Assembly: GCA_963725865.1 (NCBI GenBank)
Contig: CAVSAC010000014.1
Coordinates: 1,440,001-1,504,000 of the forward strand
Reading direction: 5' to 3'
DNA length: 64,000 nt
Source of the DNA: Candidatus Eiseniibacteriota bacterium
GTDB taxonomy: Bacteria; Eisenbacteria; RBG-16-71-46
A program made the position numbers and the translations under genes. The number at the start of each line of letters is the position of its first letter. Position 1 is the stretch's first letter. Below are positions 51,171 through 60,822 of this stretch, one piece after another. The notes under the pieces were generated by a model. That model did not search any database and was not told where the DNA came from. It saw only the letters and a program-made list of their open reading frames with translations.

Positions 51171-52978
51171 GGGCTCGGATTCCTGAGCACCAGGGTGCGC
51201 CACCACACGTCGGGCGAATCGCGCCGCCGCAGTCGCTCGGCGAGTGCTGCGAGCCGGCCGCCGGCGCCACCCGGCTCGACGGGCGCGTCGGCCAGCTCGC
51301 CGACGCCGCGCAGCGCGGACTCCTCGCCGCCCGTGCCCGCAGGGCCCGGAGTCCCGGCGTGCGAGAGCCGCGCCATCTCGGCCTCGACGTCGGGCAGCGC
51401 GCGACGCGAGAGGATCGCGAGGAAGCGCTCGTGTCCGCCCGCGCTGCTGACGCGCCATTCCTTGGAGCGGCCGCCGCTGGTGCCGGGCAGCCGCACGCGT
51501 TCGCCGGCCGGCAGGGGATTGGCGCGATCGAGGCCCGCGAGCGGGAACAGCGTGAAGACGTGGCCCGCGTCGTCCTCGTTGAGCACGTACGCGTATACGG
51601 CCTCGCCGGCGCTCACCTCGAGGAACAGCCGGTCGCCGGTGGTGATCTCGGCGCTCGCGTCCAGCCGTTCGGGGCCCGCGGCGCCGGCGCGGAAGAAGTG
51701 CGCCTCGGCCCCCAGCGCGCCGGGCGCCATCGCCACGGCCGGTGCCGGCGGCACGCCGGCGACCGGAGCGGGCGCGACGGTCGAAGTGCCCGCCGCGGTC
51801 CGCGGCGAGGCGGGAGTGACCGCGGCTCCGGGAGCATGCGGTCGCAGCCGCATGGCGAGCGCCACGAGCACGACGATCGCGAAGCCCGCCGCGAGCGCGA
51901 GCAGGGTGCGGTGTGTGCGGCCGCGCGGCGGCGCCCCAGTCGCCGGCGCCTCCGCGATCACGGGCGCCAAGGTGGCGAGCAGGGCGCGCTCCATCGCGCC
52001 GGCATCGGCGAAGCGGGCCGCCGGGTCGCGCTCGAGCGCGCGCTCCACCGTGGCGACGAACGCGGCCGGCAGCTCCGGGCGCAGCGTCCGGAGCGCGGGG
52101 CGCTCGCCGCGCGCGATCCGCGCGCGGAGCTCGAGAAGGGAATCGCCCTCGATCGGATGGCGCCCGGTGACCAGACGGAACAGCAGCGCGCCGAGCGCGT
52201 AGAGGTCGGAGGCCGGCGTCGCGGCCCCGCCGTCGAGCACCTCGGGCGCGCACGCCAGCGGGGTGGCGAAGCCGGGCGGGCCGTCGCCGCCGTCGCGCTC
52301 GGACCCGGCGCCGAAGTCCATCAGCACGATGCGGCCCGCGCGCGCGTCCTGCCCGGCCGCGCCCGCACCGCCCTCGCGCATCACGTTCGCGGCCTTGAGA
52401 TCGCCGTGCAGCAGCCCCGCGGCGTGGACCGCGGCCAGCGCCGCGCACAGGTCCACGCCCACCAGCGCCGCCTCGCGCGCGCCCATGCGGCCGTGGCGCG
52501 CGAGCCATTCCTCGAGCGTGACGCCGCGCACGTACTCCATCCACATGCCCGCGCGGCGCTCGTGCACCGCGGCGCCGAACACCGTGACCACGTGTGGATG
52601 CCGCACGCGCGCCAGGCGCGGCGCCTCCTCGAGCCAGCGCCGCGCGCCGGGACCGCCCGCGTCGTCGCGGCGCAGCTTGAGCGCCACCTCGCGGCGCAGT
52701 TCGGGATCCCACGCGCGCCACACCTCACTGAACGCGCCCTCGCCGATCCGCTCGCGGGCCACCAGCGGGCCCCAGCGGAACGCGCCCTCGAGCGGCCCCT
52801 CGACGGCGGCCGGCGCGGCGCTGCCGCGGTGCACGCCGGCGATCGACTCGAGCACCCGCAGCTTCGCGAGCGTGCGCCCGAGATCCGCGGGCGCGTCCGC
52901 GGGCCACTCCACCGGACGCGCGTCGGAGACCGCCTCGGCGGCTTTCAGCAGTTCGGGATCGACCGGTTCGTCATCCAC
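51167..52978 (-). CDS. Transmembrane Ser/Thr protein kinase with C-terminal DUF4384-like domain
   Basis: IGEGAFSEV, VALK, HGDLKAANV, DFG, APE, SDLYALG; TM; GDRLFLEV...YAYVLNEDDAGHVFTLFP. Confidence 0.9.
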   Translation of the reverse strand: MDDEPVDPELLKAAEAVSDARPVEWPADAPADLGRTLAKLRVLESIAGVHRGSAAPAAVEGPLEGAFRWGPLVARERIGEGAFSEVWRAWDPELRREVALKLRRDDAGGPGARRWLEEAPRLARVRHPHVVTVFGAAVHERRAGMWMEYVRGVTLEEWLARHGRMGAREAALVGVDLCAALAAVHAAGLLHGDLKAANVMREGGAGAAGQDARAGRIVLMDFGAGSERDGGDGPPGFATPLACAPEVLDGGAATPASDLYALGALLFRLVTGRHPIEGDSLLELRARIARGERPALRTLRPELPAAFVATVERALERDPAARFADAGAMERALLATLAPVIAEAPATGAPPRGRTHRTLLALAAGFAIVVLVALAMRLRPHAPGAAVTPASPRTAAGTSTVAPAPVAGVPPAPAVAMAPGALGAEAHFFRAGAAGPERLDASAEITTGDRLFLEVSAGEAVYAYVLNEDDAGHVFTLFPLAGLDRANPLPAGERVRLPGTSGGRSKEWRVSSAGGHERFLAILSRRALPDVEAEMARLSHAGTPGPAGTGGEESALRGVGELADAPVEPGGAGGRLAALAERLRRRDSPDVWWRTLVLRNPSP

Positions 52979-53570
52979 CCATGCGCTCCGCGATCCGGAC
53001 CAGGGCCCGGCTGATCGTCATACGCACCGCGTTCGCGCTCGGCCGGTCCAACGCCGCGGCGATCTCGGCGTAGCCGTAGTCGAACTCGATCCGCAGCATC
53101 ACCGCCTCGCGCTGGTCCGGAGGCAGCTCCGCCAGCGCGGCTTCGTAGCGCTCCACCGCATCGCGCCCGACCGCCTGCTCGAGCGGCGACGGCGCGTCCG
53201 CGGGCTGCTCCGGATCGGTCTCGCGACCCGCGGGCTTGCGGACCGAGCGGCGCAGCTCCTCGCGCACCGTGTTCAGCAGGATGTGACGCAGGTACGCGAG
53301 GAACGCCCCCTCGCGCCGCGGCTCGAAGGCGTCCAATCGATTCAATGCCCGAAGCAGGGTGACCTGCACAAGGTCGTCGGTGTCGGCGAGTCCGCGCGCG
53401 TGGACCGGCAGGCGGCCGTGCGCCCAGCGCCGCAGCAGCGGGTGGAAGCGGCGGAACAGCTCCTCGCGCGCCTCGTCGTCGCCGGCGTGGATGCGCTCGA
53501 AGAGCACCGCGGTGGAGTCGGGGGGCGCGGTCCCGGGGCGATCCGGCCGTGGGGCCACTGGGTCTGCCAT
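52971..53570 (-). CDS. ECF RNA polymerase sigma factor (kinase-associated)
   Basis: DTDDLVQVTLL, FLAYLRHILLN, LPPDQREAVMLR...YAEIA. Confidence 0.9.
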   Translation of the reverse strand: MADPVAPRPDRPGTAPPDSTAVLFERIHAGDDEAREELFRRFHPLLRRWAHGRLPVHARGLADTDDLVQVTLLRALNRLDAFEPRREGAFLAYLRHILLNTVREELRRSVRKPAGRETDPEQPADAPSPLEQAVGRDAVERYEAALAELPPDQREAVMLRIEFDYGYAEIAAALDRPSANAVRMTISRALVRIAERMGG

Positions 53571-53794
53571 GAGATCTCCGGGGGTGGGATGCGCACCGAT
53601 TGAAGCCGCGGCGACTCCGCGCGTCAAAGGATTTCGCCGGGCGCTTCCGCGGCCGGATCGGCGGTCACCCGCGGGGGCGCGAGCCTCCGGGCGACCGGCG
53701 CCGGGCGGGAGCCCGATGCGCGTTCGGCCGCGCCCGCGTGGCAGCGGCGTGGGATGCTGGTATCGTGCTCGCTCACCGTTCTCGGGAGGCCGTC

Positions 53795-54850
53795 ATGAGG
53801 ATCCTCGTGCTCGGCGGCGGGCAGCAGGGGCGCGTCATCGCGTCCGACCTCGCGCGCGCGCTGCCCTCCGCAGTCGTCGATGTGGCCGATGTGCGCTCGC
53901 CGCACCTGCCGGCGCTGCCCAACCTGCGCTGGCTCGAAGCCGACGGTGGCGACATCGAAGGCGTCGCGCGCCTGATGCGCGACCACGATCTCGCCGTGGG
54001 CGCGCTGCCCGCGCGGCTCGGCTACGGCGTGATGCAGGCCGCGATCGCGGCGAAGCGCCCGCTGGTGGACGTGTCGTTCTGCGAGCAGGACGCGCTTACG
54101 CTCGACGGCGCCGCGCGCGCGGCCGGCATCGCGATCCTCCCCGACGCCGGATTGGCGCCCGGACTCAGTCATCTGTCGGTCGGCAACGCGGCGGCCGACG
54201 GCACGCCGGACGAGGTGCTCATCATGGTCGGCGGGGTCGCGCAGGACCGCTCGGCGCCCTACGGCTACGTCGTTACCTGGTCGCTCGAGGACCTGCTGGC
54301 GGAGTACACGCGGCCGGCGCGGGTGGTGATCGACGGCGCGCCCGCGGTGGTCCCGGTGTTCAGCGGGCTCGGGCCGGTCGAGGTCACGGGTGCCGGCACC
54401 ATGGAGGCCTTCTACAGCGACGGCCTGCGCACGCTGATCGAGACCGTGCCCGGGGTGCGCACGATGGGAGAGATGACGCTGCGCTGGCCGGGCCACGTCG
54501 CGGCGATCCAGCCACTGCTGGCGGCGGACACGCTGGTGGAGACGCTGCGCGCCCGCTGCGTCGCCGAGCCCGCGCGCGACCTGGTGGCGCTGGTCGTGAA
54601 GGTGCGCCGCGGCAACCGCACGCGCACCCTGACGCTGATCGACCGCTACGACGAGGCCTCCGGGCTCACCGCGATGGCGCGCACGACCGCGCTCACGACC
54701 TCGATGACTGCGCAGCTGGTGGTGGCGGGGCTGGTGCGTGGGGCCGGCGTGCTGCCGCTGGAGCGCGTGGGCGGTGATCCCGCCGTGTGGGAGTTCATGC
54801 TGGCCGGCCTGGCGGCGCGCGGCGTGCGGCTGGGCTGGCAGGTCGCGTGA
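53795..54850 (+). CDS. Saccharopine dehydrogenase / lysine 6-dehydrogenase family
   Basis: LVLGGGQQG, DAGLAPG, TWSLEDLLAEY, TLRWPGH, AMARTT. Confidence 0.88.
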   Translation: MRILVLGGGQQGRVIASDLARALPSAVVDVADVRSPHLPALPNLRWLEADGGDIEGVARLMRDHDLAVGALPARLGYGVMQAAIAAKRPLVDVSFCEQDALTLDGAARAAGIAILPDAGLAPGLSHLSVGNAAADGTPDEVLIMVGGVAQDRSAPYGYVVTWSLEDLLAEYTRPARVVIDGAPAVVPVFSGLGPVEVTGAGTMEAFYSDGLRTLIETVPGVRTMGEMTLRWPGHVAAIQPLLAADTLVETLRARCVAEPARDLVALVVKVRRGNRTRTLTLIDRYDEASGLTAMARTTALTTSMTAQLVVAGLVRGAGVLPLERVGGDPAVWEFMLAGLAARGVRLGWQVA

Positions 54851-54854
54851 TCCG

Positions 54855-56060
54855 ATGACCGGGGCCGGCCTGCTCGAGATCCACGTCCGCGAGGGCAACC
54901 CCGACTTCCTCGATCTGCCGTGGGCGCGCCCGCTCGAGGCGTGGTCGGGGCTCTGCACGCGCCTGGTCGAGGTGCAGCGCGGGCTCTCGCGCCACGAGGT
55001 GCGGTTCGTCGGCTACAAGCAGGGCGTCTACGCGCTCAAGGAGCTGCCGCCAGCGGTGGCCGAGCGCGAGTACGACGCCCTGCGCGCGCTCGAGGACCGC
55101 ATGCTGCCCGCGGTGCGCCCGGTGGGCTACGCGCGCGCCCGTCACGCGCCGGGCCCCGAGGGCGAGACCGCGATGCTGATCACGCGCTATCTCGACGACT
55201 CGGTGCCGTATCGAACCCTGTTCATGCAGAAGGGCATGGAGCGCTACCGCGAGCGGCTGCTCGACGCGATCGCAAGCCTCATCGTGAAGCTCCACCTCGC
55301 CGGCTTCTACTGGGGCGACTGCTCGCTCTCGAACACGCTGTTCCGCCGCGACGCCGGCGAGCTGCAGGCCACGCTGGTGGACGCCGAGACGTCGGAGGCG
55401 CACGAGAGCCTGTCGGACGGCCAGCGCCGGCAGGACCTGATGATCATGGAGGAGAACGTCAGCGGCGAGACCGCCGACCTCGCGGCCATGGTGGAGCTGC
55501 CGCCGGCGCTGGGCACGCTCGACACCGGCGAGAACATCCGGCAACGCTACGAGCGGCTGTGGGGCGAGATCACGCGCGCCGAGGTCATCGCCCCGGCCGA
55601 CCGCTGGCGCATCCACGAGCGCATCCGCGCGCTCAACGAGCTGGGCTTCTCGGTGAGCGAGGTCGAGCTGGTCGCGACCGGCGAGGGCGACCGCCTGCGC
55701 ATGCGGACGATCGTGACCGATCGTGACTACCACCGCCGCATGCTGCACAGCCTCACCGGGCTGGTGGCCGGCGACCGCCAGGCGGCGCTGATGCTCAACG
55801 AGATCCGCGAGCTGCGCGCCACGCTCGCGCGCGAGCGCAACCAGAGCGTGCCGTTGAGCGTGGCCGCGTTCACCTGGCTGGAGCAGCGCTTCGAGCCGGC
55901 GATGGAGCGGCTGCGGCCGGCGCTGGACTCGGTGGGCGACCCCGCCGAGCTCTACTGCCAGGTGCTGGAGCACAAGTGGTACCTCTCCGAGCAGGCCGGC
56001 CGGGACGTCGGGATGGACTTCGCGATCACCGACTATCTGAAGCGGGTCCAGGACGCGTGA
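54855..56060 (+). CDS. DUF4032-domain Kdo/RIO kinase-like protein
   Basis: PDFLDLPW, GLSRHEVRFV, FYWGDCSLSNTLFRRDAG, LVDAET, VLEHKWYLSE. Confidence 0.85.
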   Translation: MTGAGLLEIHVREGNPDFLDLPWARPLEAWSGLCTRLVEVQRGLSRHEVRFVGYKQGVYALKELPPAVAEREYDALRALEDRMLPAVRPVGYARARHAPGPEGETAMLITRYLDDSVPYRTLFMQKGMERYRERLLDAIASLIVKLHLAGFYWGDCSLSNTLFRRDAGELQATLVDAETSEAHESLSDGQRRQDLMIMEENVSGETADLAAMVELPPALGTLDTGENIRQRYERLWGEITRAEVIAPADRWRIHERIRALNELGFSVSEVELVATGEGDRLRMRTIVTDRDYHRRMLHSLTGLVAGDRQAALMLNEIRELRATLARERNQSVPLSVAAFTWLEQRFEPAMERLRPALDSVGDPAELYCQVLEHKWYLSEQAGRDVGMDFAITDYLKRVQDA

Positions 56061-56269
56061 GGTTGGAATGGGGCGAGCGATGAGCGGTTCCTGTGGGAAG
56101 CTCCGGCGTTCGAGACGATGCGGGCCTCGCAGTCGAAGCCGTCGTGCGTTCTGCGTGCGCCTCGCTCCCACGGGGCGAGCACCAGACCTGAATTCCCGTC
56201 CGATCCGACTCCCGGGGAGCAGGTCGGTGGAGGTGCATCTCGCGGAATAGAATCCACAGCTATCACGGT

Positions 56270-57265
56270 TTGGTCCCGCGTCGATCGGCGACCGGGCTCC
56301 GCGGCGCCGTCGCGTGCATGGCATTGGTGGTGAGTTGCATCGTCGGGCCGAGCTGCAGTGGGCGGCGGGTCGTGGCGCCCGGTGGCTGTCCGCAGGGCGT
56401 TCGCGTCGGCGCGATCGATACTTGGCCAAGCTGGGGTGGCACCGCGGATCGAATCTACTACGTGCGTCGATCCCGGGTTGCTCCCGAATCCACCTGGCTT
56501 GCAGTGGTGGACCTACACGGGAACTCCACGCTCTTGGCCCCCCTGCCGTACGGAGTTCAGGAGCTCGACTGCAATCCGAACACCGGGATGGCGGTGTTCG
56601 GGATCGGTTTGGAACTCGGCTATCTGAACATGGAGAACGGCGACACCGGGCTGCTGACCAGTGGCGGGCAAGGCGCGCATTGGCCGCAATGGAGTCCGCA
56701 GGGCACCTCGGTGGCATACAGCCGCGTCTTGCGCTATCCGTCTGCCCCGGACTCGACCGCTGGGGTGCGGATACTGGATCTGCTGAGCGGCGCGGATCGA
56801 GCCCTCATGAGAACCAGTTCCAGAGCCTGGCATTCGCGTGGGCCGATCGCTTGGTCGCCGCAGGGCGACAGTCTCGCCTTCGTGAGTGCGGACTCCCTCG
56901 TCGATGGAAGAACGCCTCTGGTGATCGTCCCGCTGGGCGGTGGAGCAGGAATGTTGATCGGGTGGACGGACGGGGTTCCCGGCGGGATCGCGTGGCTCAA
57001 AGACGGCTCTGGATGGCTGTTCGATTCGACGCCTCGGGACTGTCCTGTGAACGAATCGCAGCGACGAACGTGGGCGATGCGACTCGATGGCGTGGTCGTG
57101 CCATTTCCGTGGAATCTGGGCGACGCACGTGTGTTCAATGGCTATCCGTTCGACCTGTCGGCCGACCAATCCGAGAGCGTGCATGTCGGTCTCGCCGACG
57201 GAGTGGGGCTGATCTGCGTGACGAGTCTCATTACTGGGAGCACGAGGGTCGTCACGACGCGGTGA
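56270..57265 (+). CDS. TolB-like (PD40) beta-propeller lipoprotein, atypical composition; start may be ATG 56318
   Basis: WPQWSPQG, AWSPQGDSLAF, AWLKDG repeats. Confidence 0.65.
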   Translation: MVPRRSATGLRGAVACMALVVSCIVGPSCSGRRVVAPGGCPQGVRVGAIDTWPSWGGTADRIYYVRRSRVAPESTWLAVVDLHGNSTLLAPLPYGVQELDCNPNTGMAVFGIGLELGYLNMENGDTGLLTSGGQGAHWPQWSPQGTSVAYSRVLRYPSAPDSTAGVRILDLLSGADRALMRTSSRAWHSRGPIAWSPQGDSLAFVSADSLVDGRTPLVIVPLGGGAGMLIGWTDGVPGGIAWLKDGSGWLFDSTPRDCPVNESQRRTWAMRLDGVVVPFPWNLGDARVFNGYPFDLSADQSESVHVGLADGVGLICVTSLITGSTRVVTTR

Positions 57266-57570
57266 CGCTCAGTCGACAGCCGCGCCACCCACGAGACGGC
57301 TCTAGTCGGAGTATTTCGAGGGTCATTCAGTTGGCGAGCCGACCGCGCCGCCGTTCCGGACGTCCGAGGACTTGCCGCATCCATCTCGACTGAGGACCAA
57401 CGCCGACAACGGGTTGGGCGGCAGTCTGAGTGCCAAGGGCCCAACTGGGTCCCGCATCGCGCCCCGTCCGCGCCCCGCTCCCACTCGTACCTTTCGCCAC
57501 AAGTGTGACTTAGCCGGCAACTGTAGACTTTTGTAACTGACGTGAATCGTTTATCTTCCGGGTGCAATCT

Positions 57571-57588
57571 AACCCTAGCGTGAGGGTT
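57571..57588. promoter_or_regulatory. Dyad AACCCT-N6-AGGGTT, MerR-type operator candidate
   Basis: Perfect inverted repeat immediately upstream of the MerR gene, after an AT-rich promoter-like tract. Confidence 0.6.
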
Positions 57589-57592
57589 CGAC

Positions 57593-58147
57593 TTGGCTAC
57601 CGACTCCATCAGTAAGCCCCATCTCCTCAAGATCGGGGATCTGGCGCGCGCCACCCAGAAGACGGTGCGGGCCATCCACCTGTACGAGGAGCTCGGGCTG
57701 CTGCAGCCGGCCACGCGATCGAGCGGCGGATTCCGCCTCTACGATCCCGCCGCGGTCGAGCGCGTGCGCTGGATCGACCTGCTTCACGGGCTGGGCTTCT
57801 CGCTCCAGGACATGCGCCGGCTGCTGCGGTCCTGGTGGACCGCCGATCTCGGTCCCGGGGCGATGAGCGAGCTGCGCACGCTGTTCACGCACAAGCTCGA
57901 GGAGACGCGCGCGTCGCTGAGTCGTTTCGAACAGCTCGAGCGCGAACTGGTCGAAGGCCTGTCGTACCTGGAGACCTGCCGGGAGTGCGCGTCGCCGTCG
58001 ACGGTGCGCGCATGCCTGAAGTGCGGTCTCGACCACGGCACCACGGTCGAGCCAGCGCTGCTGGCCGGTCTCAAGTCCGCTCCCGAAGCAGGGCGCAAGT
58101 CGCCCCGCGGCGGGTTCGTCCGAGTCGAAGACATAACGAGCGAGTGA
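57593..58147 (+). CDS. MerR-family transcriptional regulator with C-terminal CxxC-x8-CxxC
   Basis: LKIGDLAR...TVRAIHLYEELGLL.P..RSSGGFRLY; CRECASPSTVRACLKC. Confidence 0.9.
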   Translation: MATDSISKPHLLKIGDLARATQKTVRAIHLYEELGLLQPATRSSGGFRLYDPAAVERVRWIDLLHGLGFSLQDMRRLLRSWWTADLGPGAMSELRTLFTHKLEETRASLSRFEQLERELVEGLSYLETCRECASPSTVRACLKCGLDHGTTVEPALLAGLKSAPEAGRKSPRGGFVRVEDITSE

Positions 58148-58148
58148 C

Positions 58149-58514
58149 ATGGATCTGCCCATCGTCGGTCCCGATTCGCCGGTGTCCGTGAACGACATCG
58201 TCCACTTCACCCCGCTCGCCGCCGAGAAGGCGCGCGAGATGCTCGAGCAGCGCAGCATGCCGGCGCTGCGGCTCGGGGTGCGCGGCGGCGGCTGTTCGGG
58301 CAATTCGTACGTGATGGAGTACTGCCAGCAGGAGGGCGATGGCGACCTCGTCATCGAGAGCCACGGCGTCCGACTCGTGGTCGACCGCAAGAGCGCGCAG
58401 CTCCTGAGCGGCACCGAGATCGACTACGTGACCGGCCTGATGGGCTCCGGATTCAAGTTCAACAACCCGAACGTCCGCCACGCGTGCGCGTGCGGCGAGT
58501 CCTTCTCGGTGTGA
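58149..58514 (+). CDS. A-type Fe-S carrier (IscA/SufA/ErpA, HesB family)
   Basis: GGGCSG, NPN...CACGESF. Confidence 0.93.
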   Translation: MDLPIVGPDSPVSVNDIVHFTPLAAEKAREMLEQRSMPALRLGVRGGGCSGNSYVMEYCQQEGDGDLVIESHGVRLVVDRKSAQLLSGTEIDYVTGLMGSGFKFNNPNVRHACACGESFSV

Positions 58515-58609
58515 CCCACGATACGAACGGGGCGAGGACCGTCGCGCGCGTCGCGACGGCTCCGCGCCCCTGAACCGCCGCCCGAGCGCGGCAGCGAGAA
58601 CCCACACGC

Positions 58610-59416
58610 ATGAGCCAGACGCCCGAACTCGTCGTGAAGGACCTCCACGTCGCGGTGGAGGGCAAGGAGATCCTCAAGGGCCTCAACCTGGAGATCCGCA
58701 AGGGTGAGGTGCACGCCATCATGGGCCCGAACGGCTCGGGCAAGAGCACGTTCGCGAACACGCTCATGGGCCACCCGAAGTACGAGGTGACCCGCGGCGA
58801 CATCCTCTACAAGGGCGAGAGCGTCCTCGAGATGGCGACCGACGAGCGCTCGCGTGCCGGACTCTTCATGGCCTTCCAGTACCCGGTCGCGATCCCCGGG
58901 CTGACGATGGCGTCGTTCCTGCGCGCCGCCATCAACGCGCGCCTCGCGCCGCCGGCGGCCGAGGATGGCTCGATGCCGAAGAAGCGCGGCATGGCTCCCA
59001 AGGAGTTCCGCGACCTGCTGCGCCAGAAGATGGCGCTGCTCAAGATGGACGAGTCGTTCGCGACCCGCTACCTGAACGATGGATTCTCGGGCGGCGAGAA
59101 GAAGCGCGCCGAGATCCTGCAGATGGCGCTGCTCAAGCCCGAGATCGCGATCATGGACGAGACCGACTCGGGGCTCGACATCGACGCTCTGCGAGTGGTG
59201 TCCGAAGGCGTGAACGCGCTGAGCGGTCCCGACCTGGGCGTGATCGTGATCACCCACTACAACCGCATCCTCAACTACATCAAGCCCGACTACGTCCACG
59301 TCATGGTCGACGGCCGCATCCAGGCTTCGGGCGGGCCCGAGATGGCCCTGACGCTCGAGAGCCGCGGGTACGACTGGGTGAGCGAAGGCAACGGCAAGGA
59401 GGTGGAGGTCCGATGA
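58610..59416 (+). CDS. sufC: Fe-S cluster assembly ATPase
   Basis: [28 protein letters not shown]. Confidence 0.96.
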   Translation: MSQTPELVVKDLHVAVEGKEILKGLNLEIRKGEVHAIMGPNGSGKSTFANTLMGHPKYEVTRGDILYKGESVLEMATDERSRAGLFMAFQYPVAIPGLTMASFLRAAINARLAPPAAEDGSMPKKRGMAPKEFRDLLRQKMALLKMDESFATRYLNDGFSGGEKKRAEILQMALLKPEIAIMDETDSGLDIDALRVVSEGVNALSGPDLGVIVITHYNRILNYIKPDYVHVMVDGRIQASGGPEMALTLESRGYDWVSEGNGKEVEVR

Positions 59417-60822
59417 GCACTGGTCCCGAGCTGGATCTCCGCGATTCCTACGAGGTGAAGTACGGCTTCCACGACACCGAGCAGTCGGTGTTCAAGTCGC
59501 GCAAGGGGCTCGACCCCGAGATCGTGGCGCAGATCTCCGAGCTCAAGGGCGAGCCGCGCTGGATGCTCGACTACCGTCTCAAGGCGCTCGAGATCTTCCG
59601 CCAGAAGCCGATGCCGAAGTGGGGCGGCAACCTCGGCGACATCGACTTCCAGGACATCTACTACTACGTCAAGCCGACCTCCGAGGAAGCCAAGTCCTGG
59701 GACGATGTGCCGGCGGACATGAAGCGCACGTTCGACAAGCTGGGGATCCCCGAGGCCGAGCAGAAGTTCCTGTCCGGCGTCGGCGCCCAGTACGACTCCG
59801 AGGTCGTCTACCACAAGATCCAGGAGAAGCTCGAGAAGCAGGGTGTGATCTTCCTGTCGTGCGATCACGGGCTCAAGGAGCACGAGGAGCTGTTCAAGCA
59901 GTACTTCGGAACCGTGATCCCGTCGAACGACAACAAGTTCGCGGCGCTCAACTCGGCGGTGTGGTCGGGCGGCTCGTTCATCTACGTGCCGAAGGGCGTG
60001 CACGTCGACGTGCCGCTGCAGGCGTACTTCCGGATCAACACCAAGGACATGGGCCAGTTCGAGCGCACGCTCATCATCGTCGACGAGGGCGCCTACGTGC
60101 ACTACGTCGAAGGGTGCACGGCGCCGACCTATTCGAGCGACTCGCTCCACTCGGCGGTGGTCGAGATCATCGTCAAGCAGGGCGGGCGCTGCCGCTACAC
60201 GACCATCCAGAACTGGTCGAACAACGTCTACAACCTGGTCACCAAGCGCGCGCTGGCGTATCGCGACGCCACGATGGAGTGGGTCGACGGGAACCTGGGC
60301 TCGAAGCTGACCATGAAATACCCGGCGGTGTGGATGATGGAGCCGGGCGCCCACGGCGAGATCCTCTCGATCGCCTTCGCCGGCAAGGGCCAGCATCAGG
60401 ACGCCGGCGCCAAGGTGGTGCACATGGCCCCGAACACCTCGAGCAAGATCATCTCGAAGTCGATCAGCAAGGACGGCGGGCGCGCGGGCTACCGCGGCCT
60501 GGTGAAGGTGGCGAAGGGCGCGGTGAATTCGCGCAGCACGGTGAACTGCGACGCGTTGATCCTCGACGAGACGTCGCGCTCGGACACCTATCCGACCATG
60601 GAGATCGAGGAGGACCGCGTCACCATCGGTCACGAGGCCACGGTCTCGAAGATCGGCGACGAGCAGCTGTTCTACCTGATGGCGCGCGGCATCAAGGGCG
60701 AGGAGGCCGCCGCGATGATCGTCGCGGGGTTCATCGAGCCGGTCGTGAAGGAGCTGCCGATGGAGTACGCGGTCGAGATGAACCGCCTCATCCAGCTCCA
60801 GATGGAGGGCTCGGTCGGATGA
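59413..60822 (+). CDS. sufB: Fe-S cluster assembly protein
   Basis: [32 protein letters not shown]. Confidence 0.96.
   Translation: MSTGPELDLRDSYEVKYGFHDTEQSVFKSRKGLDPEIVAQISELKGEPRWMLDYRLKALEIFRQKPMPKWGGNLGDIDFQDIYYYVKPTSEEAKSWDDVPADMKRTFDKLGIPEAEQKFLSGVGAQYDSEVVYHKIQEKLEKQGVIFLSCDHGLKEHEELFKQYFGTVIPSNDNKFAALNSAVWSGGSFIYVPKGVHVDVPLQAYFRINTKDMGQFERTLIIVDEGAYVHYVEGCTAPTYSSDSLHSAVVEIIVKQGGRCRYTTIQNWSNNVYNLVTKRALAYRDATMEWVDGNLGSKLTMKYPAVWMMEPGAHGEILSIAFAGKGQHQDAGAKVVHMAPNTSSKIISKSISKDGGRAGYRGLVKVAKGAVNSRSTVNCDALILDETSRSDTYPTMEIEEDRVTIGHEATVSKIGDEQLFYLMARGIKGEEAAAMIVAGFIEPVVKELPMEYAVEMNRLIQLQMEGSVG

Noticed and set aside
48276..51310. RGVGELADA duplication as a DGR template/variable repeat pair
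   Set aside because: Only 27 bp, differences are synonymous C/G changes rather than adenine-specific, and there is no reverse transcriptase in the window
47802..52721. 1639-aa ORF as a single kinase-CHAT fusion
   Set aside because: The upstream part is out of frame with the kinase; CHAT starts at ATG 51170 overlapping the kinase stop
57266..57530. tRNA or structured ncRNA upstream of the MerR/suf operon
   Set aside because: No cloverleaf, T-loop or recognisable Rfam motif by eye
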